A stretch of 54,738 nt of DNA from IMG/VR virus record IMGVR_UViG_3300043372_000548, positions 1 to 54,738 of that record; one strand, given 5' to 3'. This document shows positions 43,293-52,584 of the stretch, in pieces. Made by a program: the position numbers and the translations under genes. Positions within the stretch are counted from its first letter, which is position 1. Every line of letters begins with the position of its first letter. Under the pieces are notes generated by a model. That model made no database searches. It was not told the DNA's origin and saw nothing but the letters and a program-made list of their open reading frames with translations. This DNA comes from a virus (Duplodnaviria > Caudoviricetes).

Positions 43293-43413
43293 AACCTTTT
43301 TAACAAAAGAACCTCCCTTGGTGCGCTTCTACGAGTGGCGTGGGAGGTGTTGTTGACCAACGGTATCTTACTTTAAAAACAAATCAAATTATTAAGCACA
43401 CCCTCATAACCCC

Positions 43414-44025
43414 ATGACCCAAAAACAAATCCTCGCCGAGTTAAAACCCTGGCTCAAAGCTTACCAAGACATCGAGTCCGCTTTTGCCGACTGGGAAAAA
43501 CTGGCACCCATCAGCGATCTGGACAAAAGTCCTCTTTGGAAAGGTTACTACACGCTGTTTGACCTCTACACCGATCAACTAGCCGCGCGCCTTGGCGGAG
43601 ACGCCTCCACATGGCTCCCCTGGTTTATCTACGACAACGACTGCGGAACAAAAAGGTTTTCTGTTACAAGTTTATCCAATTCTGCTACAGATTCCATTTG
43701 CAACCTTAAAGACCTCTCACGCCTCCTCTACCATCCCGCCAACACGCCTAACCTCACCCAATACGCCGACCGCGCCATTGGCACTCTGACCGACACCGAA
43801 CTGGAGGCCATCAGCGAAGAGCTTGATCCCCTGACCGATTGCGTAATCGCCCGCGAAGGATTCAACGATTTTGCACTGACCTGGTTCGCTTGGGTATGGA
43901 CCCCTGACGGATGGTGCCCTGATCCTGCCAGCAAATGCACACACTGGCCTCTTGCACCTCATTGGCCGCTCTCCCACGTTGTCGAGCTAGCCACCAATCT
44001 TCGTAAAGCCCTCCCCGCCTTCTAG
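43414..44025 (+). CDS. Early hypothetical protein (possibly two-domain)
   Basis: 203 aa; WL.WFIYDND.G motif seen in phage proteins. Confidence 0.7.
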   Translation: MTQKQILAELKPWLKAYQDIESAFADWEKLAPISDLDKSPLWKGYYTLFDLYTDQLAARLGGDASTWLPWFIYDNDCGTKRFSVTSLSNSATDSICNLKDLSRLLYHPANTPNLTQYADRAIGTLTDTELEAISEELDPLTDCVIAREGFNDFALTWFAWVWTPDGWCPDPASKCTHWPLAPHWPLSHVVELATNLRKALPAF

Positions 44026-44026
44026 T

Positions 44027-44227
44027 ATGCCCAACCAAAAAATACCTTCCCACGGTGGCGCACGAGCTAACGCCGGCCGCACACCGGCCTCGTATCCCCG
44101 AAAAAACATCACCATTGAGTTGCCGCAGCCGCTCATTGATAAGTGGGACAAGGCAGCCGTCGTTCATGGCAGCCGGGCAAAAGCCCTGGCTCACTTGTTA
44201 AAGTGGAAGTGGCCTAAAGCTAAATAG
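44027..44227 (+). CDS. Small DNA-binding protein, GGAR-x-x-AGR hook plus ribbon-helix-helix
   Basis: HGGARANAGR then RKNITIELPQPLIDKWD...SRAKAL. Confidence 0.7.
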   Translation: MPNQKIPSHGGARANAGRTPASYPRKNITIELPQPLIDKWDKAAVVHGSRAKALAHLLKWKWPKAK

Positions 44228-44234
44228 TGGACAT

Positions 44235-44261
44235 AAAAAAGGCCCACTACCATGGGCCTTT
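44235..44261. terminator. Bidirectional intrinsic terminator between convergent regulator genes
   Basis: AAAAAA-GGCCCA-loop-TGGGCC-TTT. Confidence 0.75.
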
Positions 44262-44287
44262 AATGATGTTGGATCGATCGCTTTCGT

Positions 44288-44629
44288 TTAAGCGTGGCGC
44301 TTCTTTTTCCCAGATGGAAAAAGCTTGTCCACCGTCAGTGTAGAATCGCTGAATGCGTCTCTGTGCGCTTGGATTGGGGTAATCTTGGGCGTAGCTTTCG
44401 GCCCCGCTTTCACGGAGGGGGCTGAAGGCTTTGAGCCGATGGGAGATATGTGCAGCGGTAAACTGATTTCCCCATTTTGCTCATAGTAGGACAAAGCCGC
44501 TTTTAAAGCAGCTCTGGCGAGAGAAACCCCTTCTAGGGTCGTCTCCTTCTCAAACCGTTCAAGACGGTCAGTGTCTTCTTGATCTAGGCGAAGACCTAAA
44601 ATCCGCGCGTTTTTTTTGCTCATTGGCAC
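44288..44629 (-). CDS. Ribbon-helix-helix regulator, probable lysogeny repressor (ATG at 44623)
   Basis: ILGLRLD....RLE...V.LARAAL pattern; lone leftward gene, divergent from middle operon, own terminator. Confidence 0.65.
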   Translation of the reverse strand: MPMSKKNARILGLRLDQEDTDRLERFEKETTLEGVSLARAALKAALSYYEQNGEISLPLHISPIGSKPSAPSVKAGPKATPKITPIQAHRDAFSDSTLTVDKLFPSGKKKRHA

Positions 44630-44709
44630 TAATTACATCACAAAGATAACTTTGTCACCAAATAACGCTTGCGATAACACTGTTTATTGTTAACAATGTT
44701 AACAAATAT
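44630..44709. promoter_or_regulatory. Divergent switch region with operator-like palindromes
   Basis: ACAAAG-N4-CTTTGT (44640-44655), ATTGTTAACAAT (44686-44697), TGTTAACA (44697-44704). Confidence 0.65.
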
Positions 44710-44904
44710 ATGCCGAAACGAGACATAAAACAGATTCGATACACCATTACATTGCCTGCTGATTTAGACCGTGAGCTGTCGGGTTTATCCCAGGAGACTG
44801 GGGTCGCAATGGCCGACCTTTTACGCCAAGGCGGTATTCGTGTCATCACCGAAAAACTCAAAACGGGGGCTGTTGCCCTCATGCAAATGCCAAAAATCGC
44901 CTGA
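44710..44904 (+). CDS. CopG-like ribbon-helix-helix regulator (Cro-equivalent)
   Basis: RYTITLPADLDREL..LSQETG..MADLLR. Confidence 0.75.
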   Translation: MPKRDIKQIRYTITLPADLDRELSGLSQETGVAMADLLRQGGIRVITEKLKTGAVALMQMPKIA

Positions 44905-44905
44905 T

Positions 44906-45304
44906 ATGTTTGCGCCTGCTGAATTTAACCCAACGCTCTACCATGTGGCTTCTCGGCCTGTCACAGTCCGCAGATCAGGCAAACGTTTGCTTTTCCGAGT
45001 CTTTGAGGACCTTGCTACACAATGCGGCATCTATACCGGCGGATATGCACATGTCATGGTCGAAAAAGATAACGGCGGTCAACTGACGGGGCGTTTTCGT
45101 TTGTTGGGTAATCAAAACCACTCCAGCCGCAAATGGACCGTCAATACGTCGGCGACACGGCACCCAATTTTCTCATGTCAGTTTTCTGGCGAACTGGCGG
45201 TCATTTTAGCTGCGCTTCCCCCGCAAGACTCACAAAACCTCACCATTCACGACACACACCCTAAAAATGGAATCACCGTCTCCTATGCTCCGACTAAACA
45301 ATAA
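44906..45304 (+). CDS. Hypothetical protein
   Basis: ATG at 44906 right after the RHH gene. Confidence 0.6.
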   Translation: MFAPAEFNPTLYHVASRPVTVRRSGKRLLFRVFEDLATQCGIYTGGYAHVMVEKDNGGQLTGRFRLLGNQNHSSRKWTVNTSATRHPIFSCQFSGELAVILAALPPQDSQNLTIHDTHPKNGITVSYAPTKQ

Positions 45305-45461
45305 TCAAGTCCGCTACATCGACCTTCAACAACGTTTGCCGGAACTCACCAGCAGTCTGTCTCCACAGCCTGAATCCTCTTTCTGGATCGAACTCGGTAA
45401 GGGCTTCATCCTGGCCGCCATGATGGTTCTCTGTGTCATTCTGCTCTTTGCATGGAATTAA
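45267..45461 (+). CDS. Small membrane protein
   Basis: C-terminal TM segment GFILAAMMVLCVILLFAW. Confidence 0.55.
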   Translation: MESPSPMLRLNNNQVRYIDLQQRLPELTSSLSPQPESSFWIELGKGFILAAMMVLCVILLFAWN

Positions 45462-45611
45462 CCTACCAATCCACGGCACTGGCTATTGTGGTGGTCATGC
45501 TAAGCATCCTAACAGGCTGGGCCGTGCGAGCCAGCTTAGCCCACCACGATTACATTGATGGCTACCGCGTTGGATTACGTCACTCAAGCAAGCGCACACC
45601 GATTCAAAAAG

Positions 45612-45833
45612 ATGACCAATAACCCTCATCATCTGCCTTTTAAGGCCACTGAAACCGCTTACCTTTACGGTGGTCCGCTCGATGGGCTGCAAGTTCAAGT
45701 TGGCCTGCATACGCATGGCTGGGCGGATCAAAACACGGGATCGCTTTATACCTACTGTCCGCACGCTACCGCGCTTTTTGAGCGCAATACCTTTCTGAGT
45801 TCAGACCTCTCCTATGATGCGCTGGCTCATTAA
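45612..45833 (+). CDS. Small GGPxDG-motif phage protein
   Basis: LYGGPLDG motif; ATG at 45612. Confidence 0.6.
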   Translation: MTNNPHHLPFKATETAYLYGGPLDGLQVQVGLHTHGWADQNTGSLYTYCPHATALFERNTFLSSDLSYDALAH

Positions 45834-45855
45834 ACCAACACGAACGCACCTAAAT

Positions 45856-46335
45856 ATGGATACCCCACCTGATAACGAGTCTAAAGTTTTAGACCTCACG
45901 AAAACGATCACTCTTGAAGAGCCGCCGCGCTCGTTTCGCTATTTGGCCGTGCCGGACGATATCCGTCCAACGGCCCTCAACTCAGAAGCAATTTTGGGCC
46001 TCTGCCGCATCGACGGCGGCGATTTAGTGGCTGAACTCAATGAGGAGTTGAGAGACCTTAATATGGCCTGCCTGACACTGAACAAAAAAGGCAGCATCAC
46101 AATCAAGCTGACTTTAGATCCAGCAGGCCAAGCCCAAGTCGAGATCGATTATGACATCACCGTCAAAGCGCCTAAAGCTAAACGCCACCCGAGCCTGCTC
46201 TACATGAGCAGCAGTGGCCAACTGCTGAGCCGGCACCCCGACCAGATGGAAATGGACCTGCGCACGGTGCCGACTCCCGACCGGCAACCGCTGCGTGTGG
46301 TGACTCCGCCAGAGAAACAAACCGATCTGAAATAA
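45856..46335 (+). CDS. YfdP-like phage protein
   Basis: KKGSITIKLTL...K.PK...LY....G.L...P.Q pattern, upstream of YfdQ-like gene. Confidence 0.7.
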   Translation: MDTPPDNESKVLDLTKTITLEEPPRSFRYLAVPDDIRPTALNSEAILGLCRIDGGDLVAELNEELRDLNMACLTLNKKGSITIKLTLDPAGQAQVEIDYDITVKAPKAKRHPSLLYMSSSGQLLSRHPDQMEMDLRTVPTPDRQPLRVVTPPEKQTDLK

Positions 46336-46380
46336 TCCCCGTTAGAAACTCAAACCCAATAAAACCCACATCCTAACTCT

Positions 46381-47253
46381 ATGAGTGATTTCCTAAATAC
46401 CACCACCGAGGCCGCGACCATTGCCAGCCTTGCCCAATCAGCCACACAAGCTAACTTCTTCATCGAGGAAAATATGCCTGTTTTCAGCTTTAGTGACCAA
46501 ACAAAAGTCGTCTTTGCTGAAAAATTGCTTCCGACCCCACTGCGGAACTCTGGCGCTGTTTTTCTGCTTACCCCGACGGACCTAGTCCGCTACCTGAAAA
46601 ATCAAACCCAGTCAAAGGATGCAGGTCTTGAAGAAACCTGTTGGAATCCGGTCATTTTTGCAGACCGTGCCAAACTTACGTTTACAGCCATCCTGAATTA
46701 CCCAACGGCCCAAAGGCCAGGTTGGGCCGATAACCGCGCCATTGTGACTCTTACAAAGTCTCGTCAACTTGTGACGTGGCAGGGTAAAAACGCGCAGAAG
46801 ATGAGCCAAGAACAGTTTGCGCTGTTCCTTGAAGAGAATATCGAGGATATTCGCACGCCGACGGGTGCCCAGTTGCTGACTTTTGCCGAAACATTGGAAG
46901 CCACGCGCACGGAAACATTCAAAAGCAGCATCATCACGAGCACGGGCGAGCAAAAGCTTAGCTACTGCAGCGAGCGAAATGGTGAACAGAGCTCAACGCT
47001 TATTACCCAAATCACGCTTGGTATCCCTCTTTTTGAAGGTGGCGATCGCTATGCGGTGGAGGCCAAGATTTCTCACCGTGTCACCGAGGGTAAACTGACG
47101 TTTTGGTTCGATCTGCGCCACATCGAGCACATCATCGACCGTGCATGGATGGAAGAGTGCTCGACACTTGACGACAATGCGGCCGACTTTGTTCAGATCT
47201 ACCATGGCTCAGCGCCGTCGAAACAAGATCCGTTGAGTCTAAACGGCTTCTAA
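46381..47253 (+). CDS. YfdQ / DUF2303 family protein
   Basis: AILNY, PGWADNRA, W......MSQ..FA.FLEENIEDI, LGIPLFEGG. Confidence 0.85.
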   Translation: MSDFLNTTTEAATIASLAQSATQANFFIEENMPVFSFSDQTKVVFAEKLLPTPLRNSGAVFLLTPTDLVRYLKNQTQSKDAGLEETCWNPVIFADRAKLTFTAILNYPTAQRPGWADNRAIVTLTKSRQLVTWQGKNAQKMSQEQFALFLEENIEDIRTPTGAQLLTFAETLEATRTETFKSSIITSTGEQKLSYCSERNGEQSSTLITQITLGIPLFEGGDRYAVEAKISHRVTEGKLTFWFDLRHIEHIIDRAWMEECSTLDDNAADFVQIYHGSAPSKQDPLSLNGF

Positions 47254-47264
47254 ACCAACCCCTT

Positions 47265-47362
47265 TGCGGGCGGGGCGTCATTGCGGGGAGGATTTTCCCG
47301 CCGCCACGCAGGATTAGAGTCACTTCTAAGTACTGGATTTGTGCAACCCTGCACCGCCCGCA
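47265..47362 (+). ncRNA. Candidate structured RNA (multibranch)
   Basis: Outer stem TGCGGGCGG/CCGCCCGCA enclosing GCGGG/CCCGC, GCAGG/CCTGC and TTAGA/TCTAA helices in an intergenic gap. Confidence 0.45.
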
Positions 47363-47377
47363 TCTCTTTTCATAGTC

Positions 47378-47632
47378 ATGAACTATTCTAATTTTGCCGC
47401 ACGCCTTCGACAAAAAGCCAGGCCTAGCCGGCGCACCTATCCCGAAGAGCTTCTAGCCACTATGTGCGAACTGGTCACCCAGCACGGCCTGACGGCGACC
47501 GCCTGCGTCGATGAACTCGTCGCAACCGAAGACGAATACAAAGCGGTCTCACGAACCGCACTTCGAGTCGCACTAAGCCGCTACATGGAGCGCACCGGAA
47601 AACGGCGACAACGGCTTAAAACGCCAGCCTGA
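47378..47632 (+). CDS. Small basic putative DNA-binding protein
   Basis: ATG at 47378; helical, R-rich ends. Confidence 0.6.
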   Translation: MNYSNFAARLRQKARPSRRTYPEELLATMCELVTQHGLTATACVDELVATEDEYKAVSRTALRVALSRYMERTGKRRQRLKTPA

Positions 47633-47690
47633 CCCTCGTGACGTGACACAACCGACCTACTTATGAAATCCCGCATCTACAAATAACCCT

Positions 47691-48653
47691 ATGGCTCGCA
47701 CTCAAATTAGCGCCGATTGGATACAGGTCCGCCTAGATCTTCCGCAAAATCCAAAGCTTCTACAAATGGTCAGCAAATTGTCCAAGACCATCGGCTTGTA
47801 TGTCTTAGCGGTCTCGCCAGATGATCTTCTTTCTGGCGTGACAAGTCGCGTGACATGTCACGTGACACATCTTGTGACATGTCATGCCCTAACAGATGTG
47901 ACAATCTGCGCTCTTGTTCGTGTCTGGGGTGCCGCCAATACATTTATGCGTGAAGGTGTCATTCTTGGAGCGTCACTCGACTGGGTGGATGGCGTGGCAA
48001 AAATCCCCGCTTTCGGTAAGGCGATGGAGTCGGTTGGCTGGGTGCAAATCACCCCAGCGGGGCTGCGCTTCCCAAACTTTGAGGAATGGAACCGCCCGAA
48101 AACCAACGATTTACGAACATCACCAGCAAGACGGAAAGCTATTCAAAGGCTTAGGGATTGGTTGATTAGTCATGATGAAAGTCACGCTGATTATCACACT
48201 AAAGTCACCGAATTGTCACAGCTAGAAGGGCGTGACATGTCCGTGACATGTCACGCCCTAAAGGAAAGGAAAGGACAGTATATTTCTAAGAGAGAGAGTA
48301 GCGCGAGCGCGACTGAGCCGATGACTGAGTTGGCGCTCCAAGCAGATGCCATAGCGTCAGTGTATCCTCGACAGGACGACCCACTAACCGTGCGGAACAC
48401 GATCTTGAGTGAATTGCAGCGTGGGACCTCCGCCGAGGAAATGCGCACATGTGTTCAACGCTGTGTGGCTTTTATCCGGTCAGCACCCGGCGGGGCAGGG
48501 AATCGCTATGTGCCCAAGGCCGCGACTTTTTTTAGCGAGCAGCAATGGAGATCCCCCGAAGCTTTTGAGCAGCGTTGGCAGCCAAACCCTGTAAACGGCA
48601 ACGGCACAAAAGAAACCCCCACTTTAACAACTGCACCGAAAGGAGGTTGGTAA
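47691..48653 (+). CDS. Phage replication initiator (lambda O / DnaT-like)
   Basis: WI.V..DL...PK N-terminus, FPNFEEWN, C-terminal YPR...YVPKAATFF...W; followed by DnaC-like gene; carries iterons. Confidence 0.8.
   Translation: MARTQISADWIQVRLDLPQNPKLLQMVSKLSKTIGLYVLAVSPDDLLSGVTSRVTCHVTHLVTCHALTDVTICALVRVWGAANTFMREGVILGASLDWVDGVAKIPAFGKAMESVGWVQITPAGLRFPNFEEWNRPKTNDLRTSPARRKAIQRLRDWLISHDESHADYHTKVTELSQLEGRDMSVTCHALKERKGQYISKRESSASATEPMTELALQADAIASVYPRQDDPLTVRNTILSELQRGTSAEEMRTCVQRCVAFIRSAPGGAGNRYVPKAATFFSEQQWRSPEAFEQRWQPNPVNGNGTKETPTLTTAPKGGW
47838..48258. repeat. GTGACA iteron arrays, probable replication origin
   Basis: GTGACA at 47838, 47850, 47862, 47874, 47898 (12-bp phase); 14-bp-arm palindrome at 48228..48258. 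Confidence 0.75.
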
Positions 48654-48654
48654 A

Positions 48655-49371
48655 ATGGTCAACAACCATCAATGCGAACGATGTGGTCGGCCTCATTCGG
48701 GCATTTTTCGCGCATGTGCGGATTGTCTCGATTTAAGCGGTGCAGAAGCTTATCGGCAGCAGCAGGAGGAGAAAGCTAAGGCTAGCCGCCAAGCTTCTCT
48801 GGTCGCCGACTGGCGTAGGCTAGTGCCTACGAGTTACCGCCAGACGGATTGGAACGACCCGCGCTTGAGTTCTGTGTGTTGTGATTTGGCTAAAAACTGG
48901 TGGCCGGCGTGGGATGCAGAGGCACGAGGCTTGGGCATTTACGGCGCCACAGGAGTCGGGAAAAGCCGCGCAGCGTGGGCAATACTGACTCGGCTGCACT
49001 TTGCAGGTTTTTCAGTGCTCGCTGTTGATGCGGTTGCGTTCGCCAAAGCCGCCAGCAGTTACAACGACGACGACAAAATGACCAAGTATGAGGCTCGCAA
49101 TTTACTGCGCCGAGTTCGAAACGTAAAGGTGCTGCTGCTAGATGACATTGGCAAAGAACCTAGCAGCCCACGCACGGCTTCAGAGATGCATGATTTGCTC
49201 AATCATCGCGAGCGTGAGTGCCTGCCTACCATTTGGACGAGTGAACGCACCGGACCGGAATTGGCGGCTATGTTTGCGCAAGGAAACGCAAGCAGCTACG
49301 CAGACGGCATCATTCGCAGATTGCGCTGCGGCTGTAAGATTTACGATGCCACTCCAATGCCAAACAAATAA
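48655..49371 (+). CDS. DnaC/IstB-like AAA+ helicase loader
   Basis: GATGVGKS Walker A, LLLDDIGKE Walker B, R....LPTIWTS, IIRRL. Confidence 0.9.
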   Translation: MVNNHQCERCGRPHSGIFRACADCLDLSGAEAYRQQQEEKAKASRQASLVADWRRLVPTSYRQTDWNDPRLSSVCCDLAKNWWPAWDAEARGLGIYGATGVGKSRAAWAILTRLHFAGFSVLAVDAVAFAKAASSYNDDDKMTKYEARNLLRRVRNVKVLLLDDIGKEPSSPRTASEMHDLLNHRERECLPTIWTSERTGPELAAMFAQGNASSYADGIIRRLRCGCKIYDATPMPNK

Positions 49372-49390
49372 TTACCCACAAGATTTTCTC

Positions 49391-49777
49391 ATGAACCCAG
49401 ACCCCACCACCCTAGAAACTCCTCAGTCACGCCATAATCGATTGGACCTGACAAAAACAATCAAACTCATCGATTGGATTCGCGAGCACGAAGCGGCTGC
49501 TATGGAGCAGCCAGACACTAAGTTAGCCTCTCAGGCTCAGCTTGAGTTAGGCTTCAAAATTACCGTGCCGAATTTTGTAAGCACGCGTGAAGGTCTTGGT
49601 ATTCAGAAGGCTCGCCCACCAGAACCGCCGACCGAGATGGAAGCACTGACTGCGCGTGTAGCGGCGCTGGAAGTGGAATTGCAGCTTTTAAAGTACACGT
49701 CGAAACAGGAACAAAAAACCGTGCCGGAACCGTCGCTGTTTAGCGGTGAATTTTTACGCTCTCATGACCATGAATGA
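49391..49777 (+). CDS. Hypothetical protein with C-terminal coiled coil
   Basis: ATG at 49391; LTARVAALEVEL heptads. Confidence 0.65.
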   Translation: MNPDPTTLETPQSRHNRLDLTKTIKLIDWIREHEAAAMEQPDTKLASQAQLELGFKITVPNFVSTREGLGIQKARPPEPPTEMEALTARVAALEVELQLLKYTSKQEQKTVPEPSLFSGEFLRSHDHE

Positions 49778-50270
49778 ACCTTCTTTAGCAACGGTCATTG
49801 ACCCCCATGTTTACCTCACCAAAGGCATCTGCCCTGCGTGTTTTAGACCATCGGCTCGTAAGCAAGTCTGGGTGCTTGAGATCCAGGGGTGTATCACACG
49901 ATTGACGCTCGAACCGGCGATGCACAACCCTTGTGCCCGCGATTATCTGACTACGCTACCAGCCGGTAGCTTCCGAGCGCTCTGGATTGTGCAGACCAGT
50001 AGTCCAGGACTGCGCACGGCCAAACGTTTCCCCAACGACATCCCTGGCGCGCAAGATTGGTTTTACCTCGACCAGACTCCGACCGAGATCGAGTTTTGGA
50101 CGACCGGTCCCGATAGCGCCAAGCTCACCGAGTATGCGGCCATTCAAGAGGCCTTCATGCCGGCAATCAAAGCCCTGATCGATAAAGCCACCTCTGACGA
50201 AGAGATCGCCGACATCGAGCGGCAGATTGCCTGGATCCATAAATTCTTACCCCCCCAGAAAGCAAAATGA
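49770..50270 (+). CDS. Hypothetical protein (CxxC)
   Basis: ATG at 49770, overlaps both neighbours. Confidence 0.6.
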   Translation: MNEPSLATVIDPHVYLTKGICPACFRPSARKQVWVLEIQGCITRLTLEPAMHNPCARDYLTTLPAGSFRALWIVQTSSPGLRTAKRFPNDIPGAQDWFYLDQTPTEIEFWTTGPDSAKLTEYAAIQEAFMPAIKALIDKATSDEEIADIERQIAWIHKFLPPQKAK

Positions 50271-50878
50271 AACCGACTCTGATTTTTTCCCCTATCATGT
50301 TTGGTGCTGCCATGGGCAAACGCAAAACAATCACACGACGTGTGGCGCTGGTATCGACCCAGAATCAGGTTGATATGTTGGCTGAAGCAATTTCTAAAGA
50401 TACCGAACTCACCTTTTGGAATACCGCAATGAAAGCTCCTTATGGGCCTGACGGTTCTCAAAAACCTATGGTTACAGTTTGGGCGGTATCTGCCGAATAC
50501 AATAATCTACGTCCAACGCATTTACCCACGAACACTCCAATTTGGTTTGATGACGGCACGGAAAAGCCAGCGGGTTACGGGAAAAAACGTCAGGCGCGAT
50601 TTTTCCCGAAAAGCCTGTATCATCGCGCTCCTCAAGTAATGATTGAATCAACACGGGCTCAAATGCTTTGCTCAATCACGCATGAAGAGGCCTTAAAAGA
50701 AGGTATTTTCCAATCACCTGCCTGCTTTTACCGATATGAGCCGTTAGGAAGGGCTTTACCCACGCCTGTGGCTGCTTTTTTTGCGCTTTGGGACAGCATC
50801 AATGCAACGCGTAATCAAGGTCTTTATACCTCGGCAAATAACCCCGTCGTCTGGCGCATCCAATTTCAACTCCTCTAA
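50267..50878 (+). CDS. ASCH/PUA-like phage protein
   Basis: IFS..M..A....KTITRR, IT.EEALKEG, F..LWDSIN, NPVVW.IQF. Confidence 0.8.
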   Translation: MKPTLIFSPIMFGAAMGKRKTITRRVALVSTQNQVDMLAEAISKDTELTFWNTAMKAPYGPDGSQKPMVTVWAVSAEYNNLRPTHLPTNTPIWFDDGTEKPAGYGKKRQARFFPKSLYHRAPQVMIESTRAQMLCSITHEEALKEGIFQSPACFYRYEPLGRALPTPVAAFFALWDSINATRNQGLYTSANNPVVWRIQFQLL

Positions 50879-50882
50879 ATCC

Positions 50883-51215
50883 ATGGCATCTCAACTCAAC
50901 GGCGTCATGCTCGAAGGGCATCTATTAACACCGCCAGTCCTCATCGATGTGATGGGAGAAAAGCCGTATTGCACGGCCAGCCTATGCAACCGCGAAGAGT
51001 GGCGAGGTGCCGATGGTGCGGCCCGAAAGAGGGAGAACATGATTGGCATCGTGGCGCACGGGGAAACCGCGCAAAAGCTGGCTTCTCTGCAAGTTGGTGC
51101 GCATCTCACGTTCCTTGGGAAATTACAAACAACTGAAAGCGAAGTCGTCGGCCCGCGCGGTGGCAAGTCCACCAAGACGAAAGTTCGGGTGACTCAGATT
51201 CTTTATCTTCTATGA
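50883..51215 (+). CDS. ssb: Single-stranded DNA-binding protein (OB fold, no acidic tail)
   Basis: N.V.L.G.L...P, VA.G..A, G.L.T pattern. Confidence 0.8.
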   Translation: MASQLNGVMLEGHLLTPPVLIDVMGEKPYCTASLCNREEWRGADGAARKRENMIGIVAHGETAQKLASLQVGAHLTFLGKLQTTESEVVGPRGGKSTKTKVRVTQILYLL

Positions 51216-51742
51216 GCGTCATTGACTTTTCACTCGAAGACCGCCGGCGTTGGAAACTTTTCAATGGAAAGCAACGTGATCCAACGCACGCGTTTAAATC
51301 TGCCGGCGTGCCCTATTTTCGACGTGGAAAAGACCGTGTGCTAGGGCCGGACGATTTCATGCCCGTCGGCCCTCATGCAGGCAAGCAACTGCGCGCGGTG
51401 CCAGTGGATTACCTGCATTGGGTTGATGCGCAGCCGTGGGCTAGTCATTGGATACCGTGGGCGGCGGTAAGGGATTTTATGTCCCGCTACATTTTGGACA
51501 GTAGTGAGTCTGAACCAACATCAATGCCAGACCACATTATTTTTGTCTCTGGCAATGCCTTAACTGCTGACTCACGCAGCCTCGATGAGCTACACACTTT
51601 TGCCACAGCAGTGTTGCATTTTAACCCCAATCACGACTATGCCAGACCCACAAAAGACCACCCCGCAGGATATTACCCTCTTACAGCAAAAGGCATCGAC
51701 CACGCGCTCCGCAATGGTGCTGCCAACGCATCGTGGACTTAA
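51212..51742 (+). CDS. DUF3820-like plus DUF4031-like fusion protein
   Basis: MP.G.H.GK....VP.DYL.W then ADS..LDELH.FA...Y.LT.....AL..GA. Confidence 0.65.
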   Translation: MSVIDFSLEDRRRWKLFNGKQRDPTHAFKSAGVPYFRRGKDRVLGPDDFMPVGPHAGKQLRAVPVDYLHWVDAQPWASHWIPWAAVRDFMSRYILDSSESEPTSMPDHIIFVSGNALTADSRSLDELHTFATAVLHFNPNHDYARPTKDHPAGYYPLTAKGIDHALRNGAANASWT

Positions 51743-51911
51743 CTGGACTCAGATGCCTGGACGCACTGGACCAATCCGTAAAATGCAATTTGCGCAGTTC
51801 AAACGAGGCTTATGGCCGGCGAAAAACCTGCACATCGACGAAAGCCTAACCGGTGAGGATTTCCTGACCGAATACCGCCGGCGGCTCAACATCATGAATG
51901 GTAAAAAATGA
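51714..51911 (+). CDS. Small hypothetical protein
   Basis: Fills the gap, ATGA overlap with next gene. Confidence 0.5.
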   Translation: MVLPTHRGLNWTQMPGRTGPIRKMQFAQFKRGLWPAKNLHIDESLTGEDFLTEYRRRLNIMNGKK

Positions 51912-52243
51912 AAAACACAGAAAGCTCCCGATTTACTCGATGGACCCAGGAACAAGGACTTTACCGCGCTGGGCTCGGTATTGAGGCCATCATTGAAATG
52001 CGCCGTCTCAAAGATCAGCCTGAACCATTATTGCCCCGCGTAAAAAAAGGTGGCGGCGTTACGAGCACTTTAAAATATCTCGGACCGCTAATTCGCCACG
52101 GATTCGCTGAACTGCGCACCGATGTAAAATGCTATTACCTTCTGCCCGCTGGTGCCGATTGGTTAGCGCAGGTCGAAGAACGTTTAACCAGCAATCCGCC
52201 GCAATATCAATGCGGGTTGGAAGCGCCAAAGAATTACCCATGA
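51908..52243 (+). CDS. Winged-helix-like hypothetical protein
   Basis: L..LIRHGFAE...YYLLPAG..WL resembles a wHTH wing. Confidence 0.5.
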   Translation: MKNTESSRFTRWTQEQGLYRAGLGIEAIIEMRRLKDQPEPLLPRVKKGGGVTSTLKYLGPLIRHGFAELRTDVKCYYLLPAGADWLAQVEERLTSNPPQYQCGLEAPKNYP

Positions 52244-52488
52244 CCCCTCATTACTACGTCTGTCGATTTACCGTAGCCGACGCGATAATCAAACATGCCA
52301 CATTGGAATCTGCCGCCACTAAATTAGAACGGCTGGCTGCCCAGCATCCCAACGAAACATTTGCAATTCTGAAATGCATCGGGATCACCCGCGCCGTCAC
52401 GCCGCAAACTTTCTGGCTAGATGGCGTGATACCTCCGCAGAATTTTGACCGCCCAAGGGGACGCCCTGGTGTTGCCTTTAACGGCTAA
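52240..52488 (+). CDS. Small phage protein (H.TLESA....ERLA..HP...F.IL)
   Basis: Recognisable phage motif; ATG at 52240. Confidence 0.7.
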   Translation: MTPHYYVCRFTVADAIIKHATLESAATKLERLAAQHPNETFAILKCIGITRAVTPQTFWLDGVIPPQNFDRPRGRPGVAFNG

Positions 52489-52584
52489 ATGGCGGGCAGG
52501 AGTGGCAAACGTAAACCCACCCCGCTACCTCTTGGCGTAACAACAGTGGAGGAACATACCAAAATAAAAAACCAAAACACTCAA

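Noticed and set aside
43301-43355. ACCTCCC/GGGAGGT hairpin as an ncRNA
   Set aside because: Single imperfect stem; probably an ordinary terminator or processing site
47265-47362. Canonical tRNA gene
   Set aside because: No TTCRA T-loop and no proper D or anticodon arm; kept only as a structured RNA candidate
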